A DNA stretch of 64,000 bases, from NCBI RefSeq assembly GCF_018350175.1, contig NC_058368.1:1426001-1490000 (forward strand), written 5' to 3'. The stretch is from Felis catus (taxonomy: Eukaryota). A program made the position numbers and the translations under genes. Shown here in pieces: positions 25,131 to 37,102 of this stretch (the stretch's first letter is position 1; each line of letters opens with the position of its first letter). Under the pieces are notes generated by a model, which did not search any database, was not told where the DNA came from, and saw only the letters and a program-made list of their open reading frames with translations.

Positions 25131-26499
25131 TTGGTTCGTATATTTCTTGTCCTTGGTTTCTCACAGCAGAAAGGTTTGGAGGGTGTTGAAGGCTGGGCTG
25201 GGTGGTTAATAACTGGTGGGGATGAGCCAAACAGGCCCATCTCAAAGGCACTGTGTCATCCAGGACAGTGGGAGCCCAGCTGAGCGACCAGTGAGGCCAG
25301 GCAACAGGGCAGGACTCATCAGGTTGATGCCAACCTGAGGTGTGCTGGTGAATGTTTAACCACCACCACCAAAAATAATAAATAAATAGCCCAGATTTCT
25401 TCGTCTTGCCAAATTCTGGATGTCCATACATGTATACACACTGTAACATACATGATGACCAATTCCAAGCTGTCGACATGACATCAGTGAACACAGGGCT
25501 GGGAAGAGACGCCCACAATCAGCACACGTGGGCTGGGATGAGCTCGCTCCAACCCACCGCTGAGCCAGCGTAGCTTCCCGGCGGGGTTTGGAGAAGAGAG
25601 GAGAGCTCTGTGTTCAAGCACACCACCACTTCGAGCACCCAGCTCCTGGTGGGCTTGTGGTGCCATATGTGTGCATCCAAGTGTAGGGGGTATAGGTTAC
25701 TTCATAACCCAACGTGAAATGCAGAATTGGGCTGAGGGTGAGGCTGTTGACACAGGTTTGAGTCCTTTCCTTTGTCATTTTTCAGAACAATGAGTCTGTC
25801 TGTATTAGGTCCAAAGGGGACTGATGAGGTTTTATTGGTTGTTAACTCACAGATTTTGACGTATTAGTTGTGTTTTAAAACATTGCAGTTATTTTTCTTA
25901 TTGATGCAGAGTGAGGACCCCTCGCTGTTGGCTCTGGAGTGGTTTTAACACGGCCCCAGGGGTTTGGGGAGCTTCCTTGCTTAATAGTATGCCTTCCCCG
26001 TTTGTTTGTTTTTCGGATTGTGGTCCAAGGCGATCTTGTTTTAGTTCGTCCGTGCTTTTAAGAAGATTGTTGTATATGTGCTTTTTGTCTGTCCTCAGAA
26101 TCACCCAGACAGTCGTTACCAGAAGTGACCTGACCTCGTGATATCAAATTCATTTGTTCATTTAACCAGTGTTTTTTGAGAACCTACCACATAACTCGAA
26201 GAAGGGGAAGAAGTAGATAAATCAGAGACACTTTCTACCCTCAAAGAATTTGCAGCTGGCCAAGGAGTCAGAAGGATGGGCACCGAGGCTGCTGTGCAGA
26301 ACGAAGAAGTGATACCTTGCAAGTTCAAGCAGATTACGAGGGAACCGGTGCACAGTCAGGGAGGCCTTCAAGGAGGAAGAAGCGGCGCCTGGAAGCTCGA
26401 GCGGGACTGGCCATGCTGAAATGGGGGATGCGCTGACTTCTCCACCGCTAGTTGCGGCTGCTCCCTCAGCTCAGCAGACACTGCTGGGAACTTTCGAGG

Positions 26500-26950
26500 G
26501 CTACATGCCAGCGGCCGGCCTCCTGACACCCCACGAGAGCCGTCCCAAGTCATTGCAAACGAGGGACTGCCTCCAAGAAGGGATTCTCGACCCTCACCTG
26601 GTGGCCTCTATTCTAGTATCCCACCACGTGCACAATTAATCAAGCTTCTGCATAAAAATGCAGAGAGCAACAGAGGAAACTTTATGTTCACGATTACCTC
26701 TGCGTGGAGCTTCGTACACTAATCCTCACCAGAGGCCTGAGGGTTGGGAGCCAAACTTTGATATATTTTTCTACAGCCAACTTCTGGAATGAAAGAGACA
26801 GTGGAAGTGAACCCAGTTTTGGAATTTTCAGGTTCAACGAAAGCAAACCAAACAAAAAAAGATGGAGAAGGAGAAAAGAACAAGCAGCACAGTGTATCTA
26901 AGGACCCAAAATTCAAAGGCAGTTTTCCCGAAACGGTAAAGGGATCATCT
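26500..26950 (-). pseudogene. Sacsin-like SRR1 sr2 fragment
   Basis: CLFFSPSP..PENSKTGFTSTVS..GCRKIY resembles [37 protein letters not shown] resembles EFLVMNVVP. QVRVENPFLE resembles KVKVHWQPVLE. Confidence 0.55.
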
Positions 26951-27150
26951 CAAATTCTCATGGAAATAAGAAAGAAGAGCATCAGCCCTTAGCATGAGAT
27001 GGGGCAGAAACCCCGGCACCCATGGGGCTGGCTGGCCAGGCGCCCCAGAGCACAGAAGCCCCGGGAAAGGCCATGTTGACTTTGTGTGGCCTGTGGTTCC
27101 GGCTCATGAGGGAGCTGTGGGGCCAGGAGGTACTGAGGGGGAAGACGAGC

Positions 27151-27252
27151 TGGAATTCTAACGGGAGAAGTGAGTTTTGTGTGGGTGTGTTAGGGGAAGG
27201 GGCCCAGGGATCGAAAAAAGTGCAGAGATGCCAGGACCAAATGAGCCCTTGC
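27151..27252 (+). repeat. Copy 1 of a local direct duplication (102 bp)
   Basis: tggaattctaacgggagaagtgagttttgtgtgg..ccaggaccaaatgagcccttgc, repeated at 27862-27984. Confidence 0.95.
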
Positions 27253-27861
27253 CTCAGACTGACACAAACCACATTTCGCTCAGGGGGCTGACCTTTCCAC
27301 CGAGGAAGGAAATAAGAGATCACCACCTTTAACTCGCAGGATGCCTTAGGAACCACAGACCTTCCCTTTCTTCCCCCTACCTCCGTCCCTCCACCCCCCT
27401 TGGTGCTACAGTGGTGACGTGGTGCCCTTTAAAGAACAGGAGGGATTTTCAGGCACAGTGCCAGGAATCCTTGTGACATTGGGGGTCCTACCCGTCCAGA
27501 GCCACCTGGACAGGTGAATGTTGAAAGGTAAAGGACAAGAAGGAGCCATCCACGTGAACAGCCTGGAAAACAATGTTCTGGGGAGAAAGATCAGCACAGA
27601 GCCTGCGTGGCCAGGAGAGGCAAGGGAGCAGAGACAGGTTTGTAGGGTTTCACAAGCCAAGGTACGGAGTCTGGATTTTATTTTCAGTGCTAAGGGAGAG
27701 GTGCCAGAAGGTTTTAAGCAATGTGGCATTTGATGGCCACTATTAAAAGTCACCCTGGCTGCTGTGTGGAGAGGAGCGGACAAGGGACGAGCGTAAGAAA
27801 GCTCTCAGTCCCAGTGGGGCCCGAGGCTTCTAAGCAGGAACTTTGCTTAGAAGTTAGAACT

Positions 27862-27984
27862 TGGAATTCTAACGGGAGAAGTGAGTTTTGTGTGGATGTG
27901 TTAGGGGAAGGGGCAGTGACTCAAAAGTCTTGGGCCCAGAGATCGAAAAAAGTGCAGAGACGCCAGGACCAAATGAGCCCTTGC
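27862..27984 (+). repeat. Copy 2 of the local direct duplication (123 bp, extra 21 nt)
   Basis: Same sequence plus agtgactcaaaagtcttgggc. Confidence 0.95.
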
Positions 27985-30599
27985 AGTGAGCAGGGATCAC
28001 AGGGGCAGGAGAGAGGACCCAAAGCATGAAAGGGGAGGGAGGTGCCCTGTGCTCCACCCACAGAACCTTCTGAGGAGTCTAGTGATTCAGAATCGCCCAG
28101 GGAAGGAACGGGGAAGCACATACCCGTGCAGCGCACCCCTCCTTTGGTCAGTGGGGGCCCCGGGGTCGGGCGTGCACGAGTGCTGAAGGAGGCATCTCCC
28201 TCGTGGTCAGCACAGGCCCAGAGCAGGAAGAGGGGGGTGCAGAGCTGGTGGAGCAGGGACAGTGCCGGCTACGCCGCACCAAACCGGCCGCGGCCTTTGC
28301 AGAATCGGTGGCCCTGTGGTGGGGTGGCGGCAGGGGCTGCGAGAATTAAGAGCAGTGCAAAAGAGGGGTCCAGTGCTCCTTGAGACAGTCCAGAACTGAC
28401 AGCTTCTTCTAGAAGCTGAGCTGTGGTCCTAGTGGGATGCCCACGCGGGAGCAGGATCCCAGCAGTAGGGAAGGAAGGGTGGAAAAGGTGGGTCCCAGAC
28501 TGAATGGAGTCCAGGCCTGGGGAGGGTCCCCAGGGGTCGGTCAAGGAAACTGAGCTAGAAGCCTCAGTCTGGGCAGCCCTGGGGAGAGGTAGGGGCAGCT
28601 GAAGCCAAGGGGGCACATTACAGCCCGCTTCTTCCCAGGCCTGTGGTGACAGGGCCCACTCCTGACTCCCAGGGCTGAGAAGGTGGGTCTCCAGCCCCTC
28701 CTCCCTGCTTGGGATTGGCTCAGGAAACGGAGGAGAGGGGGCGGGATCACCAGCGCATCCCCCAGATGGGGAAACCGTGCCACAGTGCCAGGCAGCCTTG
28801 AGGGAAAGGCCGGACACAAAATGGGCACTGCGCCGGGGGGGCCCTTCCTCCCCAGGCTTCAGTGACTCCCCGCTCGGTGATTTCCTCCTTCCTGCCTCCT
28901 GGTTCTTCTCTGTGTCCCTCAGTGGTCACTGCTTCCCCCACCCCCCTCCACCCCCGCTTAGGTTCACTTCCCTGCCTCTCACCTTCAGATGTCACGCCGT
29001 CTCCCTATATGATTTCAACTATGCCCGTGGTTTCGCTTATCAGGTAGATGCTTACGACTTCCAAGTTTGTCTCCAGCCCGGACTTCCTTTCTGATTTCCA
29101 CCCTCATCCATCTCTCCCCCTCCCTGAGGCCTCACTCGAATCTCATGGGCATCTCAAAGGCAGTATGGCCAGAGGTAAACTGAGGACTTCTCCTCACCCA
29201 CGGCCCTCTCTGGGTCCTTACCTCAGGGCAGGTCTCCACGCAAACCATGCAAGCCTGACACTGGAGGCCATCTCCCCCTCTCACCAACCCCATCCCTCAC
29301 CCACCACCGAGTTCTGCTGTCTTTCCCTCCCAGAGAATATTCCAGATAGTCCATTTCTGTGTCCATCTCTGTGGCAAAGCTAGCATTTATGGCACTCTAC
29401 CGAACTCTGCTGAATCGCCGTGAGCAGATATGCAGCTTACGTCAACCAGGGACTCTGGAAGGCAGTGGGCAGCTCAGCTCGGTTCTCCCAACTTGGGGGG
29501 GGCGCTATTTACCCACGCCCTGTCTGTCCTTGTGGGAGCTGCTTCTACGGCATCAGCTCTCCGGCCTGCCTTACCTGTGGGTTGGGCAGGCTCCCGCAGC
29601 CGGAAGAAAACTGTCAGAGAATCACAGGTACTCACACATACACCGCTTTCTGCACATAGATACAAGTTCCCGGGGCCTGTGGGCAGAACACAGGCAGGTC
29701 TGCTAGGGTCAGGCACTCTGAGCATTTCCCACATTATTTAGTCCTCACGCAGCAGTTTTGAGGTAAGTTCTATCATTTCACGTTACAGGGGCACAAACAG
29801 GAATGCTCTCTCCCCGGCTTTGGTGCATTAGCCTGGGAAGCTTCTAGTTAGTGTTCCCATCTCGGTCCAAACAGCATTCCCTTAGGGAAGCCATCTTCGG
29901 CAACACTCAGTACACGAACACACAAAGGACCCTAATCAAAGCACTCTGTGACTTGGGCTGTCACAGCACACATCTCCTCTCCCACAGCACTCCCACAGCG
30001 GGTGGCTTCTGATGGATGTCGTGCATTCCGTGAGAACGAGTGCATGGTGAGTCGCCCATAAGTGCTTCAACAGGGACATCCAAGCCCCAGTCCACTCACA
30101 CGCACTGGAACCACGGCAGAATGTCCCTGTGCAGAACTCTACTGTTCTGGGACCTTCCTCTTAGTCCCACACCCTCTCTCCTCATCTATTTTCAACCCAA
30201 ATCTATCCCAAGAATTCTGAACCTCTCCCCACTCCAGCCCAAAGCACGGCCAGTGGGGAGCTTCCAGTCATGTGCCCACTGAACTCCCACAGCACCACCA
30301 GGGAGAAACTTCTGGGGCCCAGAGACCTCCTGGCCTGTAATCTTGTCTAGATATCGCATGAAGGAGTGTGGCCTCTGGATATAGATTGCCTGATTTCAGA
30401 TTCTGGCTTCACCACTTCCTGGCTCTGTGAACTCCTCGGTCTCCTACTTGATGCCCGTGTAAGGATCACAGGAGAAGATGAGCGGAAAGCTCTAGGACAG
30501 AGTGTGCACAGGATCCCCCCGGATAATGTCCATATTCAGTGAGGAAGGATCATTGTGTCCACCCCTTCCTGCCCTTCTTTCCCCGCTCTGTTTACCTGG

Positions 30600-30785
30600 G
30601 AGGATGGGATCTCTGCCCAGTTTTGCCTTCCTGCCTGCCTGGAAGGGCACAACCACAAGTAAATACGGTGGAATTGGGAGAAGATTTAGGAAGAGATCCA
30701 GGAGGACTGATAAGGCAGAGCAGCTGTGACCAGACAAGTTGGAAGTGGTCCCAAAATATCGCCATGGACTCTTCTTAATGTTCTT
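30600..30785 (-). pseudogene. Possible sacsin-like SRR1 fragment
   Basis: SPWRYFGTTSNLSGHSCSALSVLLDLF resembles sacsin [25 protein letters not shown]. Confidence 0.45.
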
Positions 30786-30792
30786 TGGTAGT

Positions 30793-31190
30793 TGCCATGG
30801 ACTGAACTGTGCACCGATCCCCCCCACCCCAATTCCTATGTTGAAACTCTAACCCCCAGAGTGATTATATTTAGAGATAGGATCTGTAAGGAGGGAATTA
30901 AGGCTCAATGAGATCGTAAGGGTGAAGTCCTAACCCAATAGGATCAGTGGCCTCATAAAGAAGAGAGAGAGATCTCTCTCTCCCACGCACAAGCAAGAAA
31001 GGCCACGTGAGGACAAAGTGAGAAGTCAGCCATCTGCAAGCCAGGAGGAGAGCTGTCACCAGAACCTGATCGTGCTGGCACCCTGATCGTGGACCTCCAG
31101 CCCCCAGAACTGTGAGAAATAAATGTCTGTTGTCCAGACCACTCAGTCTGTGGCATTATATCATGACAGCCCAAGTAGACTAATATAACA
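30793..31190 (+). mobile_element. MaLR solo LTR (MLT1A-type)
   Basis: tgccatggactgaactgtg..cagaactgtgagaaataaatgtctgttg..gactaata. Confidence 0.85.
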
Positions 31191-31282
31191 GGTGAGAGTA
31201 ACAATCAGGATTTCTTTTCCTTTTCGATTCCTTTTGTCCCCGAGTTAGGCACTCTACACCGTGCAGAGGCGGGGTAGGTGGC

Positions 31283-31742
31283 TGTGATGGTTAATTGCAT
31301 GCATCAACTGGACTGGGCTGAAGGATGCTCAGATAGCTGGTAAGCTGTTATTTCTGGGTGTCTGTGCCTGTGAGGGTGTTTCAGGAGATTATCACTTGAA
31401 TGGGTAGACTGAGTAAAGAAGAGGCTCTCAATGCAGTCGGACATCATCCAATCCATTGAGGGACTGAATAGAACAAAAAGGCGGAGGAAGAGCAAATTTG
31501 CTTTCTTTCTGAGCTGGGACATCCAACTGCCCCCACCCTTAGACACGGGGTCTCCCGGGTCTCGGGCCTTCAGGCTCGGACAGGGTCGCGGACCAATTCT
31601 CCTGGGCCTCCAGCTTGCAGACAGCAGATCGAGGGACTTCTCAGTCTCCACAGTCACGTGAGCCGATTGCCATAATAACCATTTCTACATTTCTCTACAG
31701 ACCCTGTTGGTTCTTTTTCTCTGGAGGACGCAGACTAACACG
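31283..31742 (+). mobile_element. ERVL solo LTR (MLT2-type)
   Basis: tgtgatggttaatt..catcaactggactgggct..ggacatcatccaatccattgagggactgaatagaacaaaaaggcggagg..tgttggttctttttctctggag. Confidence 0.85.
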
Positions 31743-32945
31743 GCACCCCTTGACCTGGGTCACACTCGCTTTCTAGCAGCACACGCTGAGCCGTGAGGGA
31801 CACAGACATCACGTGTGCTCCTTGCTCCCGCCGTCGGGGGCTAGGCCAGGAAGCGGGGGCGGGTGTGCACGATGAGCGCCGTGAGGGCATCTGTCACGGT
31901 AGTAAGCAGCCGCGACTCCCAGGCCGTGGAGAATTGTGGGAGAGGACGCTCGTGTCTCCACGCGTGCCCCCTGCCACCGTTTCTCTGTCTAGCAACTGTC
32001 TAGCTTTTCTCCTCCATTTACTACAGCTGCCAGCGACCCGGTGTTGATCCTGTGCCCAGAGTCGACAGCAAAGGCAGTATCGATCATCTCCAACACCACA
32101 GCAAGACGCCACAGCGACAGAACGTATCACGTGAGGAAAGTGAGACAGTCAGGCGACTATGGACCTTGCCCGAGGCCACCCCACTCCACACGGCCACACC
32201 ACAGCCTGAACTCGGGGCAGTCTGGCCCCAGAGCCCGAGCTCCTGATCGCTGTGCTCTGTTCCTTCTCGAAGAGCCAACTGAGCCGCTGGGAAACTGTAA
32301 TATTTATTTTCAACCAGTGTCGTTGCGTGCTCGCTATTGTGCTCTCCTGCAGCCTGACCCTTCCCGCCTTCAGAAGGGCCGAGGCTCTTGCACCCCAGTA
32401 GAGTGAATGGTGCTCTGTCCCTCACCTCCGAGAAGCGAGCGGCTGGGCCGTGTCCTTTCACCGGCCTTCACAGGGTGTGTGACCAGTCGTGAGCCGGGGC
32501 ACTGGGAGCTGAGGTCCCACCGTCCAACCACAACCAGCCCCAGGCCCGCCACCCCAGGGGTCCTGCGGTAAGCCCTGGCCTTCTACCCCCTGCAGTCCCC
32601 AAGCTCTTTTCTGTCACAGAGATCGGGACGTCAGTCTCAGCCTTCAGCCTCCCCAAAGGCCGAACCATAGGCACCAAGCAGGTCTGGCCTGCACCTTGGG
32701 TGGCAAAGGTGCTACAAGGCTTTCTAGTCCGCGCCCGACCAAGTCCTGCTGACTACTCACAAAGGGGCACCCGAGTCTCTCCCCTTCCTCTCGTGCTCCC
32801 TTCTCAGTCCTCGGCCCTCGCCAGCACTGCCGCTGTGTTACTGCGGGGCCTCCAGCTTCCTCCCTGAGCCGGGCCTGCCTTCCCCAGTCCCTCCCAGGGT
32901 CTCATCCCACCGGCCACAGCCTTGGCACGTCGTGTGCGCTAAGCA

Positions 32946-33190
32946 CGGGGTCAACATTGAAACGGCAGGGGAAAAAAAATCAAAAGAATGACATTTCCTC
33001 ACGTACGAAAATCACATGAACTTCAGACGTCAAATGTCCGTAAACAAGTTGTATTGGAATATAGCCACACTTCCTCATTTCCTTTCTCCTACCTGCTTTC
33101 TGGCCACCAGGCAGCGTGTGAACTAGCTGTAATAGATTCCCACGGGCACCGCGCGACCCTTTACAGGAGACGTTGGCTGACCGACGACTC
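32946..33190. mobile_element. MER58-like DNA transposon remnant
   Basis: aagttgtattggaatatagccacac..ccctttacaggagacgttggctgacc. Confidence 0.65.
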
Positions 33191-33199
33191 CACGGGGCT

Positions 33200-33700
33200 T
33201 TTCAAAAGGCAGAGCCACGAGATCACAGCACTCCGAGAGCCTCCCACTGCACTTAAGTTAAACTCTGACCTAACCTGATACCCTACCCCGCTCTCTGTTC
33301 TTCCCTCCACCCACTCCCTCTCCCTCCACACGGCCCGCCCATGGCCCCCCTGCTCGCCTGCTCCGCCCTTCACTTCCAGGCCTGGGCTCCAACTGTGCTT
33401 TCGGCCCTGCCGCTCCTTCCCAGACTGAAACACTCCTTCCTGCTGTCCAGGTCTTGGATAGGTCTTCCAAGCATCCGGCAAGAAGCAGACACTGGGCACA
33501 CAGCATCCCGTCGCTTGGTTTCATTCGCCGCTCGGCACTCACCACCATCTGGTATTTCACTTGTTTATCCACTTAGTTATTCTTTTTTAACTGCCTCCCT
33601 CATTTAGAACATAAGCTCCATGGAAGCAGGGACCCGGTCTCAGTTTGAGCTGTATCCACCGGACGGTAGAATCTCGGAGGCTGTTGAAGAGCAGGTGATG
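33200..33700 (+). mobile_element. L2 remnant
   Basis: tagaacataagctccatggaagcagggacc typical of L2 3' regions. Confidence 0.6.
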
Positions 33701-34143
33701 ACAACAGTGTGTGAAGCCTGGTTTCTCACAGCCAGTCCTCTGTGGTTGGGGGACCACACAGCTCCGTACAGAGAGGCCATCCCTGCTCATCACTGGGCTC
33801 GGGCTCTCCACGGTGGACAGCCAGCTCTGACTCCGAGGGACCATTCGCGACAACTTACAAACGCGGTCCACACGGGAAACTGTCCACATGTGGGCCTGTC
33901 CACATGTGAAACCAGATGGGCGGGCACCAGAGGTCATCTGTCCCATGCTCTGGTCTTGAAGGTCACATAGAAGTCCTCATAGCTGACAACTCATGCCAGC
34001 AGCATCATGCTTTCAATAATACGTGTGAATAGTAAAAGTCATGGCATAAACAAAACCATAAAGAAGAAATTTAAAACCATCCACAAATAACCAAGCCTAG
34101 AATTTTGGTATACTTCCTTCAAGGCGTTTTCTATGTAAATATC

Positions 34144-34354
34144 TTTTTTTTTTTTAATGTTTATTTATTTTGAGAGAGAGAGAGAGAGAGAGCGAGCAGG
34201 GAAAGGGCAGAGGAGGGAGACAGAGAATCCCAAGCAGGCTCTGCACTGTCAGCGCGGAGCCCAACATGGGGCTCAAATTCACAAACCGTGAGATCGTGAC
34301 CTGAGCCGAAATCAAGAGTCGGACACTTAACCAACTGAGCCACCCAGGTGCCCC
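34144..34354 (-). mobile_element. Can-SINE, TSD ctatgtaaatatcttt
   Basis: Reverse-complement SINE with TSD. Confidence 0.95.
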
Positions 34355-34629
34355 TCTATGTAAATATCTTTACGTGAGCTAATGACCTGTTTTCCGTCCT
34401 CGATAGATCAAGGCTGTCTGTATTAGATAGATCTAGATTGACCTCTCTTAGAGGTTTCCAGACACTGATGTGACATGTCTTCCCTCAGTAAGAAGCTCCA
34501 GCCTTACCAAACTCCACCGTTTGAGAAAATACCCCTGCCCTCATGCTCTGTGGGGCCACGAGTTCCGCCTCTGTGCCCACCAATCCTGCGGAAGGGATAC
34601 CAACTCCCTCTCCCCGAGACCCCGCTCAT

Positions 34630-34920
34630 CTACCTGGCCTTATGTGCACACTGCTGAGGGCCTGCTACATGCCAGCCACACTCAAGGCTTGGGTGTCAGG
34701 GACTCAAGGAGGAGAGACGCAGAGTTCCTGCACCCGTGTCTGCCAGCTTTTGAGCCTGATGTTCAGTGCTCCGGAACACTGCGTCTAGATCGCTTGGTCT
34801 TTTCTAGATGTCTTGGCCATGTGCGTAAGTTTCACCAACGACAGCATTTTGCCCTGTGTTTACAGAAGTTTCTGGCTTTTGTTTTTTAAAAAGGTTGGGG
34901 CAACAGAAGCAAAATGGTGC
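34630..34920 (-). pseudogene. Possible sacsin-like 5' fragment (start of SRR1 HSP90-like sub-repeat)
   Basis: HFASVAPTFL resembles sacsin RFGQTTPPLV. QKLADTGAGTLRL resembles QNAEDAGATEVKF. Ends at a cag|gtagat donor-like site at about 34634. Confidence 0.35.
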
Positions 34921-35500
34921 AGAGAAAAAGCTAAAGAGGCGATGCTGTGCTGACAGGTACTAAACCCTCCTTCCCGTTTGACCCACCCTGCACTAAACTC
35001 TGTGGATGTCAGGTTCGGAGGAAGCCAATAGAACAAGAAAATGCTTGATGGCCACATGGCTTGAGGATGTCGTCAGTGCCCCTTGAACGTAGAGTTAAGC
35101 CCACCTTCAGAGTGGAGCCAGTGACACAAACACGTGATGGAGGTCAACCGACTGGACAAGTCCTGCGGGGCAGGACATCTTCCAAACATGTACAGAGAGG
35201 ACAAGCTGCGAGAAGCCAGGCTGGGTGTCCAGGTGTTCCTGCCCCTGCACCTCCCCTCTCCAAGCCCTTTCACTCACTCTTTCTTCCAACAATTATTTAC
35301 TTAGTGCCTTCTGCTGTGCCCGATGCTATTCTGATTGATAGCAGTTAACCTTTGCTGGGCTCATTTATTCTCAGTTCTCAAGATTTTCAACTCAGACCCT
35401 CCTTCCTTAGGGACCACTTGCTGTAGCCTCCTTGTCCCCATACTAGGCTTACCTTCAGGCCCTTCCTGTAGGCTCCTATAACTCCCCGTGTTCTCTCTGA

Positions 35501-35694
35501 TTTTTTAATTTGAAGTTTATTTATTTATTTAGAGAGACAGCGGGGGAGGGGCAGAGACAGCGAATCCTAAGCAGGCTCCACGCTGTCCGCGCAGAGCCCG
35601 ATGCGAGGCTGTCTCACGAACCGAACCGTGAGATCATGACTGAGCCAAAATCAAGAGTCAGAGGCTTAACCGACTGAGACACCCGGGAGCCCCC
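35501..35694 (-). mobile_element. Can-SINE
   Basis: Reverse-complement SINE consensus. Confidence 0.9.
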
Positions 35695-36906
35695 TGTGAC
35701 AGTTCTCTTACTGCACTTGTAACTTTATGCTTTTCTCTTCGTGTGTCCATTTTCTCCACTAAGCTGTGAACTTGTAATGGTCAAGCTAAATTCACTTCTA
35801 CAGCCTCAGACCCCTATACTACACCTAAATACACAGTAGTTGCTCCCAAAAAAGCACCGCCCACCATCCCCTTGCTCAGATTCCAAACTACCAGGCAGCT
35901 TTCTAGTTGTCATTTGTTCCTCCCCTGCCCCATCTTCCCCGTCGCAACACGTGACAACATCATCCTTCCTGTTGCCCTATCCACAAACCTGGGAGTCACC
36001 CTGGACCGGTTCCTTTCTCTCATAACCCACATCCAATCTGTCAGCGCATCTTGTTAGCTTTACCTCCATCCCATAAGTTATACAGATGACATGATCTTAT
36101 ATGTAAACAAACAAACAAACAAACAAACAAAAACAACCCTAAAGATTCCGCAAAAAAACTATTAGAACTAATATAATAAGCAAGTTCAGTAAAGTCGCAG
36201 GATACAAAACCAACATATCAAAATCAGTTGTATTTCTAGACACTAACAATGAACTATCTGAAAAAAAAATTAAGGTAATAATCTCCTTTATAATAGTATC
36301 AAAAAGAATAATATACTTAGAAATAAACTTAATCAAGAAAGTGAAAGACTTATACACTGAAAACTAAAAAATATTGATGAAAGAAGTTTAAGAAGACACA
36401 AATAAATGAAAAGGTGGCCTGTGTTCATGGATTGGAAGACTTAATATTGATCAAACGTCCATTCTATCCAAAATAATATACAGATTCAATGCAATCGCTT
36501 ATCAAAATGTCAATGGAACTTTTTTCTTACAGAAATGGAGTAAAAATACTAAAATTATTATGGAACCATAAGGAACCCACCCTGAAGAGCCAGAACAATC
36601 TTGAAGAACAAAGCTGGAGAAATCATACTTCCTGATTCCGATACATATCACAAAACTACAGCATTTAAAACAGTATGGTACTGGCATAAAGGTGACATAC
36701 AGACTAATGGAGTAAAATGGAGAGTCCAGAAATAAACTGACATATATATGGTCATCTGATCTTCAGTGAGGATGCCAAGACCACACAATGGGGAAAGGAC
36801 AATCTCTTCAACAAATGGTATTGGGAAAACGGGACGTCCACATGCAAAAGAATGAAACCGGACCCTTATCACACAAAAATCAACTTGAAATGGATTGAGA
36901 ACTTAA

Positions 36907-37102
36907 TTTTTTTTTTTTTTTGAGAGAGAGAGGGTGGGAAAGTGAGCAGGGGAGGAGCAGAGGGAGAGGCAGATAGAATCTTAAACAGGTTCCACACTCA
37001 GCACAGAGCTGGATGTGGGGCTCCATCCCAGACCCTGGGATCATGAGCTGAGCCAAAATCAAGATTCCAGTGCTCAACCAGCTGATCTGCCCGGGCACCC
37101 CC
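36907..37102 (-). mobile_element. Can-SINE, TSD gagaacttaa
   Basis: Nested in L1. Confidence 0.9.

Larger units (their letters stand above)
850..27000 (-). pseudogene. Decayed sacsin-like (SACS paralog) coding fossil, core span, fragmented by many TE insertions
   Basis: More than 15 collinear peptide matches to sacsin SRR1-SRR3 in N-to-C order on the minus strand, with numerous stops and frameshifts. See the fragment features. Confidence 0.75.

Noticed and set aside
25700..26110. SKEAPQTPG resembling sacsin LKEAAQTRG
   Set aside because: The position fits the fossil, but one short match is too weak to call as a separate fragment.
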